Source of the DNA: Octopus sinensis
Lineage: Eukaryota
Direction: 5' to 3'
DNA: 64,000 nucleotides
NCBI RefSeq assembly: GCF_006345805.1
Contig: NC_042999.1
Coordinates: 120,218,001-120,282,000, forward strand
Shown: piece by piece, positions 25,198 to 37,955 of the stretch
How the letters are laid out: every line of letters starts with the position of its first letter
How positions within the stretch are numbered: the first letter of the stretch is position 1
The notes under the pieces: model-generated
What the model was told of the DNA's origin: nothing
The model's database searches: none
What the model saw: only the letters and a program-made list of their open reading frames with translations
Program-made: the position numbers and the translations under genes

Positions 25198-25432
25198 GGT
25201 GGCGAGCTGGCAGAAACGTTAGCACAATGGGCGAAATGCTTAGCGGTATTTCGTCTGTCTGTACTTGCTCAGTTCGAATTCCGCCGGTGTCGACTTTGCT
25301 TTTCATCCTTTCAGGGTGAATTAAATAAGTACCAGTTACGCACTGGGGTCGATATAATCGACTTAATCCATCTGTCTGTCCTTGTCTGTCCCCTCTGTGT
25401 GTAGTCCCTTCTGGGCAGTAAAGAAATAAGAA
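25198..25432 (+). mobile_element. Full-length SINE of the 14397-15003 family
   Basis: Head GGCGAGCTGGCAGAAACGTTAGCA..GTTCGAATTCCGCC and A-rich tail. Confidence 0.85.
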
Positions 25433-25956
25433 ATTTTATAGAAACCTTTCGTGTGAATTGTACCCGTAATTCATATGGCACAGTCATGTCGCACCGTCTA
25501 TCATGCCCGTTCTGATTGAGAATTATGCTAATCACACATACAAACACACACGCAGACAGGTATATACGCGCGCGCATGCACACACACACACATCATTGAC
25601 ATGCTTTGCCCGATGATATTCTATTGAGATACATCTGTATGCTATTGGACCGAAATTATAAACGCTTGTACAACACCTAGTGACATGCATTACCTGATGA
25701 CTAGTAATATTTTGACTGCAAGTTTAATGTCTGTCTCCTTGAGGAACTGGCACCCTCATGGCTTTGTCAAAAAATACCAAGTGCTTATTTACTCCATGGA
25801 AAACTCTATTTAACCAATAGATGGGTCTCTAACACGTACTGCCGTTGCAAATCAGAACAGGGTTAGAAATAATGGTGATCGGGGAGCGACTCTACCCATC
25901 CGAGAACTCCAACACACTCGAAATGGAGATTCACTAGAGGATGTGTGTATATAACG

Positions 25957-26337
25957 ACTAGCAGTATCGCCCGGCGTTGCTCAGGTTTGTAAGGGAAATA
26001 ACTATAAAGCATTTTTAGAGAGTTATAGCCAAAAAATAGCAAAGAAATGGGAAAAAAATGATGGTAAATTTTTTTTGAGTTAAAAGGTGGAGTTGCGTCC
26101 CCTAGACGGTCTGTGGTTTGGGTTTCTGATTCTCGACCCCATGTCGAATTTATCGATTTTTTCAGAACTGGGGGAACTTTTCAAAATTTTCGCTGCGTTA
26201 GTTTTGAATTATGACATTGGGCTATGTGTGTGTCAGGTTTCATCAGAATCGGTTGAAAGCCGTGGTCAGAGTGAGGGTACGAGAAAACAGACACACAGAA
26301 AACGCACAGACAAACTGCCGTTTATATAGAGAGAGAT
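25957..26337 (+). mobile_element. Non-autonomous Helitron/Helentron-like (HINE/DINE-type) element
   Basis: 5' ACTAGC..CCCGGCGTTGCTC(A)GG subterminal hairpin; 3' ACAGACA repeats then TTTATATAGAGAGAT. Confidence 0.5.
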
Positions 26338-26840
26338 AATTAGAATTTATTTACTTTTCATTACATGTTGCACTAAAGTCATGAAAAGTTAAAGATGATA
26401 TCGTTTATCTATGCAAAATATTTACATTGAATAACTTTTTAAGTAAAGCTGAAATAAAGTAAGAATTGAGAAAAGAGCAGTTTAATGTTTTGATACCAAA
26501 GTTTTCCCACGTGGGGAATATTTAATTTGCAACAGGTTGTAGAAACTTGTAATCGAAAATATAAAAAGATATGAGAAAACAATGGAAATATACAGAAAGG
26601 GAAGAAATAGTAAAAGAAACAAAAAAAACAAGGAATATTGAGAATAAAAAGAAAGAAAGCTGAACAAAATATTTTTAAGAAGAAATAGGGAACAAAAATG
26701 AAAAGAAAAGAAAATATATGAAGCGAAAGTAATAAAAGGGAAATAAGTTTTAATGTTTATAAAAGTGTAAGCATGAGCAAAATACCAGAGATAAAAAGTC
26801 TGTGAAGCCTTACACTGATAAAGTACGTGAGGGAAACTAA

Positions 26841-27142
26841 GGTGCATGGCTTAGTAGTTAGGGTATTGCAAGATTGTGAATTTAATTTCCGGCGAGGTAT
26901 TGTGTCCTTGACCAAGACACTTTATTTTACGTTGTTCATTCAGCTGGCAAAAATGTGCAGTTCCTGTATTTCGAAGGGCCAGCCTTGACACATTATGTAT
27001 AAAGCTAGATCCCACTAAGGAATACATTAAGGATACACGTGTTTGTGGAGTGATCAGCCACTTGTACGTTAATTTCACGAGCAGGCTGTTCCGTTGGTCG
27101 GATCAACTGGAATCCTCGTCGTCGTAATCGACGGAATTCCAG
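26841..27142 (+). mobile_element. Degenerate SINE of the 22121 family
   Basis: TGTGTCCTTGACCAAGACACTT..CAGCTGGCAAAAATG..AATTTCACGAGCAGGCTGTTCCGTTG. Confidence 0.8.
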
Positions 27143-27542
27143 TGCCTTTATGTGTGTGTGTGTGTGTGAGTTTGTGTGTGTGCGTGTGTGTGTTTGTGTG
27201 TGTGTATGTGTGTGTGTGTGTGTGTGTGTAGTGTGTTAGAATTTTATGGAAAGAGATGCCATAGAACTCAGCAAATTTGTTAAAAATGGAGAAGAAATTT
27301 TGAAATTTGAAATAATTTTAATGCATGCATATGATCGATTCGAACAGCGATATGAACATGTAAATTCATGGTTGAATAATTAAATTAATTTTGTCAAAAT
27401 AAATTAATTCTATATCACTGTTATCCTCAGTGCAAAAAGTAGAAGCAAACAATTAATTCATAATTATTATTATTATAACAGAAGACTTTCGGATATACAT
27501 ATTTATCCTTTCGAAAATTGAGAGCATACTAAAAAATAACCA

Positions 27543-27704
27543 ATGGTGGGGTATTTACGTCCCCGTAACATAGGGGATCGGCAAACGACCGATAAATATG
27601 TACTAGGCTCACAAAGAATAAGTCCTGAGATTGTTTTCTTCGACTAAAACCCGTTAAAGGGATAATACAGCATGGCTGCAGTCAAATGACTGAAGCGTGT
27701 AAAA

Positions 27705-27705
<1 letters not shown>
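27543..27705 (+). mobile_element. 3' half of the 6465-family SINE
   Basis: ACAAAGAATAAGTCCTG..GTCAAATGACTGAA. Confidence 0.75.
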
Positions 27706-27745
<40 letters not shown>

Positions 27746-28249
27746 CAGATAAACTTACAACTGACAGATGGACTACCAACCAGAGTTTATATATTTTATA
27801 GCTAAGGGATCAGGAAAAGAGAACATTTCCGCTACACATTTTCAAGGAAAAATATAGAAAAAGAGTTACTTTCATAGGTTCGTGAATAGAAATGTAATGT
27901 GAGCAATGATTAATCAGCAATATTTGGTAGACTGTAAACATTTAATGTTCTTTTAGTGTGGAATAGGTTTAAGCCATATTATGATATTATTAGCGTTCTG
28001 TTATTTTTATTGTGTACAAGCTATTAAAAATTACAAGAAAAAGTTAAAGTAAATGACAGGGTGGATTCACTATTACCCAAAGTTTCGTATTTTTCAGTGA
28101 ACACTATATTAAGTTAGATTCATCCCAAATACTACAATTTGATTCATAAAGCTTTGTAAAGCATTCCGTAAAAATTAATACGTCTGTTTCGTTTTGGGAT
28201 TTGGTTTGCAAGATTCTTTATATGAGTTCGTGTGTTGAAGCAAATTCTG

Positions 28250-28470
28250 TTGTGTCTGGAGAGAGTCATTTTCTTTTTGTGCCTTATACTCACCGGTAAA
28301 ATTTCCACTTATTTCATATTTCTATTTTCCTATAATTTTCGTTGCGTCTTGCAACCTTTTCAATGGTTTGACTATTTTAGGAAAATAGAAATATGAAATA
28401 AGTGGAAATTTTACCGGTAAGTGTGTTACATTATAAGGCACAAAAAGAAAATGACTCTCCCCAGACACAA
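28250..28470. repeat. Inverted repeat (28250-28332 and 28378-28470), PLE-terminus-like
   Basis: Near-perfect reverse complement with a ~10-nt insertion in the right arm. Confidence 0.9.
28329..28366 (-). ncRNA. Hammerhead-like motif with TTGAAAA core (U3-A8 covariant)
   Basis: CCA-TTGAAAA-G-GTTGC aagac GCAAC-GAAA-AT-TA-TAGG; helix I imperfect. Confidence 0.5.
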
Positions 28471-29407
28471 TATAATACATCTGTAATTGTCAAAATAATC
28501 CCCAGATTCAGGAAGGTAAGAGAAATAGTGTTAATGCTAGAATTCATGTTACAGATGTATTAAGGATTATAGCAGAATGTAAATAATACACAGTGTCTAA
28601 CGTGTTTTCCTTTTTATAATTTCCTTTTCATTCCTTGAAAAAGCGTAGTACTTCTAAGTGCACTGGATTCATTTGAACACTACTCTACCGTTCTGAATTT
28701 TTCTTACGCGTGCTCTTAAAAATTATGGAGATATTGATAATTTATTGCAATCTTGTCTTAGTGTGCGCGCGCATGTCCATGTATGTGTGTGTGTGTGTGT
28801 ATTTATCTTCTTTCGTGTATTTGGTGCAAAGTGTATTTAGTAGGTGTTTCTTTTCGCTTATATGATTGGAGCCAGGTTTGTAGGTGATTGTCTGGTTGGC
28901 TGATATAGGGTTAAAGTTGTGGTGCTTCTACGTCTGGGTAGCGTTCGATATTAACACATTTTCAGAATGTAAGTCTATGGTAATTACTGCGTATTGTTTT
29001 CATATAAAGACTGAAAATCTTTATATGAAAAACATTTTCTTTAATCTAATGACATAAGAATAAAAATCTCAACACGCTATCGATAAATGTAGAAGTGACT
29101 CTACTAATACAGTAGAGGAAGCAATTGGTTTATAAAAGCCGTAATTTGTTCAATACCTATGTAACTGAAGTTATATAATTATTCATTTAGAAGTAACATA
29201 TTCCTGTTTGACATCAATATAGGAAAATGAAACACGTGACTGAAAGTTGTAAACTCAGACTGCATCAATATCACAGAAAATTATTTCTATGAAATACTCA
29301 CCTGTTGTGAGTATTCCATAGAAATAAGTACTCATCTAGTGTAGACATTAGTGCATAATAGGAGAGAAACTGTGAAAGACAATATTTGATACATATGTAT
29401 GTATATT

Positions 29408-29660
29408 GTGGAGGCGCGTGGCTAAGTGGTTAGGGTGTCAGCATCATGATCGTAAGATTGTGGTTTCGATTCCTAGACCGGCCGACCCGTTGTGTTCTTG
29501 AGAAAAAACACTTCATTTTACGTTGCTCCACTCCACTCAGCTGGCAAAAATGAGTAAAGCTGTGATGGACTGGTGTCCCGTTCAGCTGGGGAACACATAC
29601 GCCATAGAAACCGGGAAATTGGGCCCATGAGCCTAGCTAGGCTTTAAAAAGGCACATTTA
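29408..29660 (+). mobile_element. tRNA-derived SINE sharing the head of the 22121 family, with a different tail
   Basis: GCGCGTGGCTAAGTGGTTAGGG..GGTTTCGATTCC..CTCAGCTGGCAAAAATGAGT. Confidence 0.8.
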
Positions 29661-29696
29661 TATATTCATTTGTATGTATATTAAATTTATTAGCAG

Positions 29697-29870
29697 TGGA
29701 TTTGCAGAATCACCAGAACGTTGTATTATTCCGTTTCTTTGCGCTCTAAGTTCCAATTCCGCCGAGGTCAACTTTGTGTTTCATTCCAACAGAATCGAGA
29801 TCGATATAACCAGCTGTTCATTCTCGCTAAAATATTAGGCCTTGGGCGTTTGTGAAAGGCAATTATTACT
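29697..29870 (+). mobile_element. Old degenerate copy of the 25198-family SINE
   Basis: AATTCCGCCGAGGTCAACTTTG..TTTCAT. Confidence 0.55.
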
Positions 29871-30600
29871 AATTCTATTTTGAAATATCCCAGAGCACGC
29901 AAATAAAGCTATAAATAATAGCACATAAATAATGGGTGGAAAAAGCTTTTTGGATAGAAGAAATTGGTAGTGCCCGTAAGATTTGAACCCATGTCGAAGG
30001 TTTAAGAGTGTGCTTCGAGATATTCGAAAAAAAAGCAACTTGGTTCACTTTCTCTCTAAAGTTTATAAGATTCTTATAAACATGCGATTTTTGCTGGTAA
30101 GAATAAGTTTCTAAAATAATAACAGAAATTCGAATGATTACATTGATTCAATGGGACACTACCTGCCTTGTCTGCAGGAGACCTGGGTTTGAATTCCACA
30201 GACAGCCTTCGATTTTATGTATCCAACAAGTATCCTCAAACCTCAAGAATCTTCTTTAGGATTCTTATAGAACGTAGGGTGGTACATTTATGCAGGTCGA
30301 CTGTGTAAGATTCAATCACTTTCGGCAACATTTTAGGTGTTGTGCCTATGTGCACCAATTATTACAGGAATAATTGTTGTCGTGGTCTCCTGTAGTCACG
30401 TCAGCTCTCTGGATATATCCTGATATTTCTCAGTTTTTTCGGGATCTTTACCATCGCCTCTGCCATCATAAGGAATTGCAAATATCCAATATACTTCACG
30501 TTATTTATAGCTTTATATGAATGTTTTGAAATATTCCAAAGGTATTTATTTCACATTCTCTCACGACGCCAGCAATTATTATTATTATTATTATTATTAT

Positions 30601-31310
30601 TCCTTCGTAACACAGTGGAGATAAAAATGCATCAGAGTCCTCTGTCAAGTCACAACAAAGACCTCAGACAGATAATAATTTCCTTAAGATGTACGCTGTG
30701 CCCAATAAGCCCAACTCTCCGATTATCACTGGTATCATTTTTACATTACCCTCTCCATACAGTATTCCCATATCCACTTTCAATTCGGAGTACTTGGTAT
30801 TTTTGACAACCTCTCTACTCACCACATTCATGCCATTTGGTATGGCTACATCAACGATCTGACAGTATATGCCACTCTTATTCAATATGACAATATCTGG
30901 CCGACGGTGTTCGATTACATGATCTGTCTGAAAATCATAGTCCTAGAGTATCGTTACTTCTCCATGTTTTAAATAACTTTACTTGGTAATTGTTCATACC
31001 AGTTCTCGGTTACTCCTTATTGGTATTTACGGCATAAGAGCCAATGAAGATACGCACACACACTTTATCGTGGCGCCATTTGTATTCTTTTAGTGCGAGT
31101 CTCTCACATCCACTTGCCAAGTGTGTCAAATTTTCCATACTCTTTCCACATAGTGTCTGCATTTCTGGGTGTCGGAAGTTTTACAGATGTTATACTTCAC
31201 TGAGTTGGTAGCCAGAGCCTGGTCTTGTGCAGCAATGATCAGGCTTTCGATGGTTCGCTTGAAATCACCTCGCTCAAGCCACGCCCACGATGGTGTATTA
31301 TCCTCCACTC
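30601..31310 (-). mobile_element. 5'-truncated R4/Dong-like LINE (CCHC + RLE region)
   Basis: LIIAAQDQALATNSVK..CR, RPDIVI, DVAIP, PVIIGELG; 3' end abuts (TAT)n. Confidence 0.8.
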
Positions 31311-32063
31311 TCTCGAAGTCAGGAAGAAAAGAAAAAAAAAGAAGGAAGAAGAACGGGTCGTCTCAGCGGGGAGATGATGTGCCGCTTGCATGTCTCGAAG
31401 TTGTGCTACCCACGGTGGAAGAAACGACCCCCACCCTTTAAAGATGATGATTTAATTATCTTTTTCTATAAGGGCGGGGAGGTGAAAAATAGTAGAACAT
31501 AAAGAGACAGTATATATGCCCTTCACACGGAATCCAGGATGGCCTCCGCAGATAGCTCTGGAGGTCATAAGGTTGCCCTTGTGGGAAAGGCTTAAAGGAT
31601 TTGGGGAGGAGTGTCGCATATGGCCGAGTGACCCTTACACGACTTACATGTCCTACATGAGTGAGGCATGGGAAATGGCGGGATACAGGAACTCAAGCGG
31701 CATTGAAGATAATGATGAATATATCGATGGATATATCGAAGAGTAAGAGGAGAAAGACCCTCATTATAGGGTTTGAAATCTATCTTATTGTATTATATGT
31801 AGTGGTTTATAACCTCAATTGTGTGTTTAAAAAAAACATGTTAAGTAAGAGGTTTTAGTGCCTCCTTCTTATAAGAGGTTTGAAACATCATATTGATTAA
31901 AAAAAAAAAAGAAAATATGTTTTCGAGAAAAATCCAATCGGTGGGTGTTGGGTTTCGTCTCTCATTTATTCATTCTATTGCATTTTCATTTATTAATGTG
32001 TTTGTCCAGACCGCGAAGCTACTCACTCTTTGTACTGTCTATGATGACAAATTTTATTAAATA

Positions 32064-32427
32064 AAGTAGCTTGCTTACAAACCACATTGTTCCGGGTTCA
32101 AACCCACTGCGTAGCACCTTGTGCACGTGCCTTCTACTATAACCTCGGGCCGACTAAAGCCTTCGTGAGTGGATTTGGTAGAAGGAAAATGAAAGAAGTC
32201 CGCCATATATATGTATATACATATACATGTGTGTGTGTGTGTGTGTATGTTTGTGTGTCCGTGTTTGACCCCCAGCTGGTGTGTTTAAGCAACCGTAACT
32301 TAGCTGTTCGGCGAAAGATACTGATAGAATTAGTACGGGGCTTACAAAGAATAAGTTCTGGGGTTGATTTGCTCGACTAAAGGCGGTGTTTCAGCATAGC
32401 CACAGTCAAATGACTGAAACAAGTAAA
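32064..32427 (+). mobile_element. 6465-family SINE
   Basis: Colinear match to the 6465 copy. Confidence 0.85.
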
Positions 32428-32476
32428 TGTAAATGTAAAAGTATACACACACACACACACATTTACATATATATAC

Positions 32477-32521
<45 letters not shown>

Positions 32522-32864
32522 AGGCTACGGCCTACGAGCGTTATGTGATATTTCAGGAAAATTTGTAAATAAAGGCATAAACAGTAACCATTAAATAATA
32601 TAATCGCATGTGAAATATCTAAACTTTGAATAAATAAAAATACGCATAAACAAATAGCAGTGTACCTGACGGATAGGAATAGTTTATACGTATTCAAACA
32701 CATATCAGTCGTGGGTATTCTTTGATTTAAAATGTGCGTCTATTTATTTAATAACTAATGTGAATGAGGCTGGCAATGTTCTATGTAGAGCTTTGCTGAT
32801 ACTAAACCACTTTATAGATCCTTTAGCTTTCTACAATCGTATAAAATTGTGATACCTCATTATT

Positions 32865-32949
<85 letters not shown>

Positions 32950-33439
32950 GACAGATAAATAGACACAAAGTGAGAGACAAACATAGGTAAATAGATAGAT
33001 TACATATATGTATGCACACGCACACACACACACTTACAAACATAAATATATATAATACATATTTATCATCCTGATATAAGCCCACAAGGACATATATAAA
33101 TGTATATGCACGTCTCAACATTTATATGCGTAAGAACTGCACATACATCAGAATCATATGTACTTTATAGTATATGGATTTTGTGAATAATCTATACGTG
33201 CTCAATATTAAGAAAAAAACTTGATATCGAAAAATAAAATCATTAAAAACATTGTTAGATATATTATTTTTGTTCGGTAGTTTGGTAGGCCAAATCATTA
33301 GCAAATCTTTGGCACATAACTATCCGAATATCGAACCATTTGATCGGCGCAATAAACATAACCATCCTCTTTTTATTGCTGTATATAGGTTTCCAGAATT
33401 AACGGAAGATATGTGTCAGCTGCTGAGGGAGTTATTTTG

Positions 33440-34570
33440 AGAGTATAAGAAAATGCCTTGTAATATTTGAACAGCGTTTTTATTTCAAATCATGATTAAG
33501 TGAACTTTGCCTTACATTCTTGGTAAACCGATGAGTTCTAGCCATGTAGTGGGAGAGATATAATATGCTCTTCCCCATCGCACACCAAGTTTCTAGTATT
33601 GTACGAACAAAATATTAGTAATATACTCCCATGTCAGTACTGATCATGCCAACATATGTTGTTCGTAGACAGTGCCTGATAATCTACGCCTGATTGATGG
33701 AGGTTTAGATTCATTGAATATTTCCAATTAGATGAGCATTTCAGATTCTTGTTAATAATATACTTGCGTAGAAAATAATGTATATAAACGCCAGGAATCT
33801 ACTAAGTAAGATGTATTGAGAAACTTATAGAAAAATATTCCACGTTATACTTATTTAGAAATCAAAATATATTGGTGAAAACAGAACCATTTCGATAATA
33901 TTTATATTTAATGAATATAAGCTGAATGTCCTTGTCTTGTATCGTTTGTTATTTATTGTCATATCATTCAATTCAGTCTCTTCCTACAGTTATACACAAC
34001 TGCCTTCCCTCCGGAATTACGAACGTATTGCAAACTGTATAACTTCGTTGGTAATACCACTTCGGTATAAGGGGTGTTACCGTTCATGTAGTCATTGCAG
34101 CAAGCCAATTTCGGAAATATTGATCACTATATCATCTTTCCTTACCTGGAAAACAATTGCTACCTTCAGTCTTGAAGAATTCTATTGAGTAACAACCTGA
34201 AACAGATGTTACAACAAGCTTATAGCCCTATTAAAGTCATTCCATGAGGGCATATATACTTTGTTGATGCTAGCATTGAAAGTTTCAAACAGGTTCAAGT
34301 GCCATGTTCTGTGTAAGCTTTTCCTACATGATACTGTCTTTTATTTTGACTCAGGTCGTCTTGGCGGCGTGAATAGTTTCCCCATACACCCATACGCTAT
34401 CATACTCTGGAGAACCCAGTTGAACGCCCTGTGTTAATTGAGACAGTATCTGCGTTTTTCTGTTTGATGGTGTGTTTTCAATATGAGTCCAGATTCTGAA
34501 ATTGTAGCTAAACCTGAATAGATTTGTCCTGCTTTCCATGACCTTGGACTGCCCATTAGCACACTAAAAA
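33440..34570 (-). mobile_element. Very decayed CR1/L2-type LINE RT relic
   Basis: Faint SGIPQGS-like (~34050) and YRPVSLT-like (~34440) readings. Confidence 0.3.
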
Positions 34571-35702
34571 CCTAGGGTACGCAACAACAAAATCCTCTCA
34601 AATGTAACCAGATATTGCTTTTTCTGTTTCAAACAGTATTTCACTTCTATGCAACTCTTTTGACTTTTGATACGCTAGTCAACTCAGTAAAGTACATGTG
34701 TAATAGCTACTTTACTGCAAGAATGCAATTCTCACTTATAAGGAGTATTAAAACGTCAGCCCAAACGGCATTGAAGGATTTAGCTTTAAATACATTTCTG
34801 TCAAATCCATTCTAAGAATGAAATAAAAAAAGCGGTTTGAAATTGTGATAAGACAATGTGATAGGTACGTACATGCAACAAATACATTGATTTACAGATT
34901 TTTCTAATAATAATTCCTCGATGATTTTTATAGTTTTAGTATATTGTCACTCAAGTAAAATCACAGTTTTGCTATGTTCCTTATAAATGCTCCCGGATCC
35001 AAGACTATTTTAGAATGTTCAGGTGTTGATTGTTATAACAGAATGTAGTTTGTCATATCGATAGTACGTAGATCATATTTAGTAATTTTATCTGAAGTCG
35101 ATCTTTACGTCGCACAGATGTGCCATAGTCACAGACACATGACTACTATAAATGAATGGATGCTGTTGAAATCCAGTTCTTATATGGTTCCGGCTGTCAT
35201 ACCTTTTTTTAATTGCCTTTCGTGTTGGGGTAAAAGACATATGGGGGTGTTATGGTCGTGATCCTGTGGTCAAAGGTTTTCTGCTAAAAGTAATGCGCAG
35301 AATAAAAGGAAATGAAAATATGTAAATCTGTAATAAATTCGATAAACTTCTATGCATCTATCGACTTAAACTTACAGTTTTAATTACGCATACCCACTTA
35401 TATAACACAATGATTTGGGTTGAACTAGTTCCGATATCCATTTATAAGGGAGCCTGAAAGTTCTAAGAATCTGGTGGTTTCATTGATAATCACTTCATTT
35501 CATTTGTTAAGAAGTTTTGTGCCTCACATGTTGTTCAGAGTTGCTTCCTTGCTGCACAGTAGGCATGGATTTCTTTCTCCCGTGTATGAGATTGTAAATT
35601 CCAATATGTTTCATTGCAATATTTATTGGGAGTTTTGGTTTTTAAGCTCCATACGTACTCAGCCAGTGATGTAGAGTGAACAAATGTAGGGATTATTATT
35701 AA

Positions 35703-35766
<64 letters not shown>

Positions 35767-37105
35767 GCCTTTGCACAGCTTCTAACGCTGGTGATGTACT
35801 ACAGTGGCAGCTGTTCACTACCAGTGAACTAAGGTAACACCTATTTTTCGAGCACCTTCCGGAGTATTCGAACGGTTCTAGCCCTCATTTTTCGCACAGT
35901 TTCTAAGTAGCATTTTCACTACCTGATCGTGTCACTACAACTTGTAGTGGTTTGGGGCAAGTCTAGGGCATTCGTTTGTGATATGGGCAATGGTTTCGGA
36001 AAGTCTGGAGCATTCGTTCGTGATATGGGCAATGGTTTCGGCAAGTCTGGGGCATTCGTTCATGATACGGGCAATAGTTTGAGCCACTCTATTGCAGATG
36101 CAACATAACGGTGACAGTCATTCGTAAGCTTTGACCCTCCACTTCGTAGCCGAATCTTGGTGTTACATGTCAGTATAGCGCTCTCGGCCTCTTTTTTAGT
36201 GTTTCTTTCATCAGCCAATTCCACTTATTTTTCCAGCAATTTCTGTTGTGGCTGCATGGAATTGATTCTGTAGTCCCTTCTTGCATAATTCTTCTTCGTG
36301 TCCTTTTTGTACTTCTTCCTTTGTTTTTCTTTTTTCTTTTGGTTTCAATACACCCTCGTTCCTAACTGTCACTAGCAAAATTTCCTTACTTATTAAGTGT
36401 CTCATTAAGCTTTCGTGTTCGATACACACGCAGTCTCCTACACTTACCAGTCCTCTCCTGCCATTTGCTCTATTCATGTATAGGCAATCAGTTTCCGCAC
36501 GTGGAAGATGGGCACCATGATTCGTTAGAAGCTTTCTTGACTTCCTGTCCATCTCCTTTAGTTTATCTTCTGACCACTTCACGATTCCAGCGCCATACCA
36601 AACTATTGCAACTGCGCGTGAATTTATTGCCGAAATTGTGTTTCTGGAGTTTAGCTTTGAAGCCAATATTTTTCTCGCTTGCCGCAGGTACTCTCATTTT
36701 CTCTTTTCCTTCGTGTCATTGTGCTTGATTCCATCTGCCTCAAGTATTCCCAGGTACTTATATCTGGACTGAGGTTGAGTTGTCATCATCATTTCACCAC
36801 TTGGTAACCATATGCCTTCTGTCCTGACAAGCTTTCTTCGTCTCATTACCATCGTAGCACATTTTGAGAGTCTAGACTCCATATTGATATTGGACAAAAT
36901 CCACACAGACTAGACTAGGCTGTCCAGTTCTGCGTCACTTTTGGTGAATAGCTTCAGGTCGTCAATGAAAAGCACGTGATTCAGTTTACCTATATCGCCT
37001 CCCAGATCATAATCAAACTTTACTTTCTGTAGCATTTCATTCAAGAGGATCATTCCCAGCACGAAGATCAGTGGAGACAGGCTGTCCCCCTGGAGTATTC
37101 TTCTC
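35767..37105 (-). mobile_element. R4/Dong-like LINE, family B (RT C-terminus, CCHC, internally deleted RLE, 3' UTR)
   Basis: LQGDSLSPLIFV, NHVLFIDDLKL, YKYLGI, DRKSRKLLT; 3' UTR matches 54335-54895; abuts (TAT)n 35695-35766. Confidence 0.85.
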
Positions 37106-37240
37106 TAGTGTATATAGATCTCAACTCTGTCGTGTTTGTGAATATATTTCTTCGTTGCCAGGACTGGGCAGCCAGAGAAAATATAATTTATTGTTTCTTC
37201 TCCATCTCCACATATTCTGCAGTTGTATTTCTTTTCATTA
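37105..37240 (-). mobile_element. CCHC-region fragment of R4/Dong family A
   Basis: CRICGDGEETINYIFSGCPVLA..HDRV, homologous to ~50240-50370. Confidence 0.75.
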
Positions 37241-37268
37241 CGTTATTGGTAAATTATTATTATTATTA

Positions 37269-37329
37269 TTCAGTAGTTTTATTTTTATAGCGTGCTTTCA
37301 CTTCACTACCGAGCGCAGCTCTGTGTGCC

Positions 37330-37330
<1 letters not shown>
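37269..37330 (-). mobile_element. ~62-bp 3'-terminus-only insertion of R4/Dong family A in (TAA)n
   Basis: CAGTAGTTTTATTTTTATAGCGTGCTTTCACTTCACTACCGAGCGCAGCTCTGTGTGCCT, nearly identical to 49678-49739, with TAT repeats on both sides. Confidence 0.85.
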
Positions 37331-37392
<62 letters not shown>

Positions 37393-37402
37393 GTTGTTGT
37401 TG

Positions 37403-37448
<46 letters not shown>

Positions 37449-37467
37449 GCTGTTGTTGTTGTTGTTG
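37331..37467. repeat. Compound microsatellite (TAT)n-(TGT)n
   Basis: Read directly from the sequence. Confidence 0.95.
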
Positions 37468-37694
37468 CTTCGAGCAAGTGAAGGTTAAGAGATACTGAGG
37501 TATAACTGAATGCTTCTGGAGAAGACAGGAGGTCAGTAAAGAAGTACATTCATATAATACAACAAAAGCACTGAAATTCAAAGGGTTTTTTCAAAGATGT
37601 GAGCAGTATTTGCCAGCTCAATATTTTGGATTTTTTGACATAATGTTCACATAGATGTATTTAATCTTACCCATACCACTTACAATATGTACAA

Positions 37695-37891
37695 TTCTTC
37701 TTCTTCTTCTTCTTCTTCTTCTTCTTTTCCTCCTCCTCCTCTGGCTCCTCCGCCGCCGCCTCCGCCTCCTCCTTCTTCTTCTTCTTCTTCTTCTTCTTCT
37801 TCTTCTTCTTCTTCTTCTTCTTCATCATCATCATCATCATCATCTTCTTTTTCTTCTTCTTCATCATCATCATCATCATCTTTTTCTTCTT

Positions 37892-37952
<61 letters not shown>
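37695..37952. repeat. Compound microsatellite (TTC)/(TCC)/(CCG)/(CAT)/(TAT)
   Basis: Read directly from the sequence. Confidence 0.95.

Positions 37953-37955
<3 letters not shown>

Noticed and set aside
30145-30210. tRNA gene
   Set aside because: Only a decayed anticodon/T-arm-like stretch; more likely a SINE-head relic.
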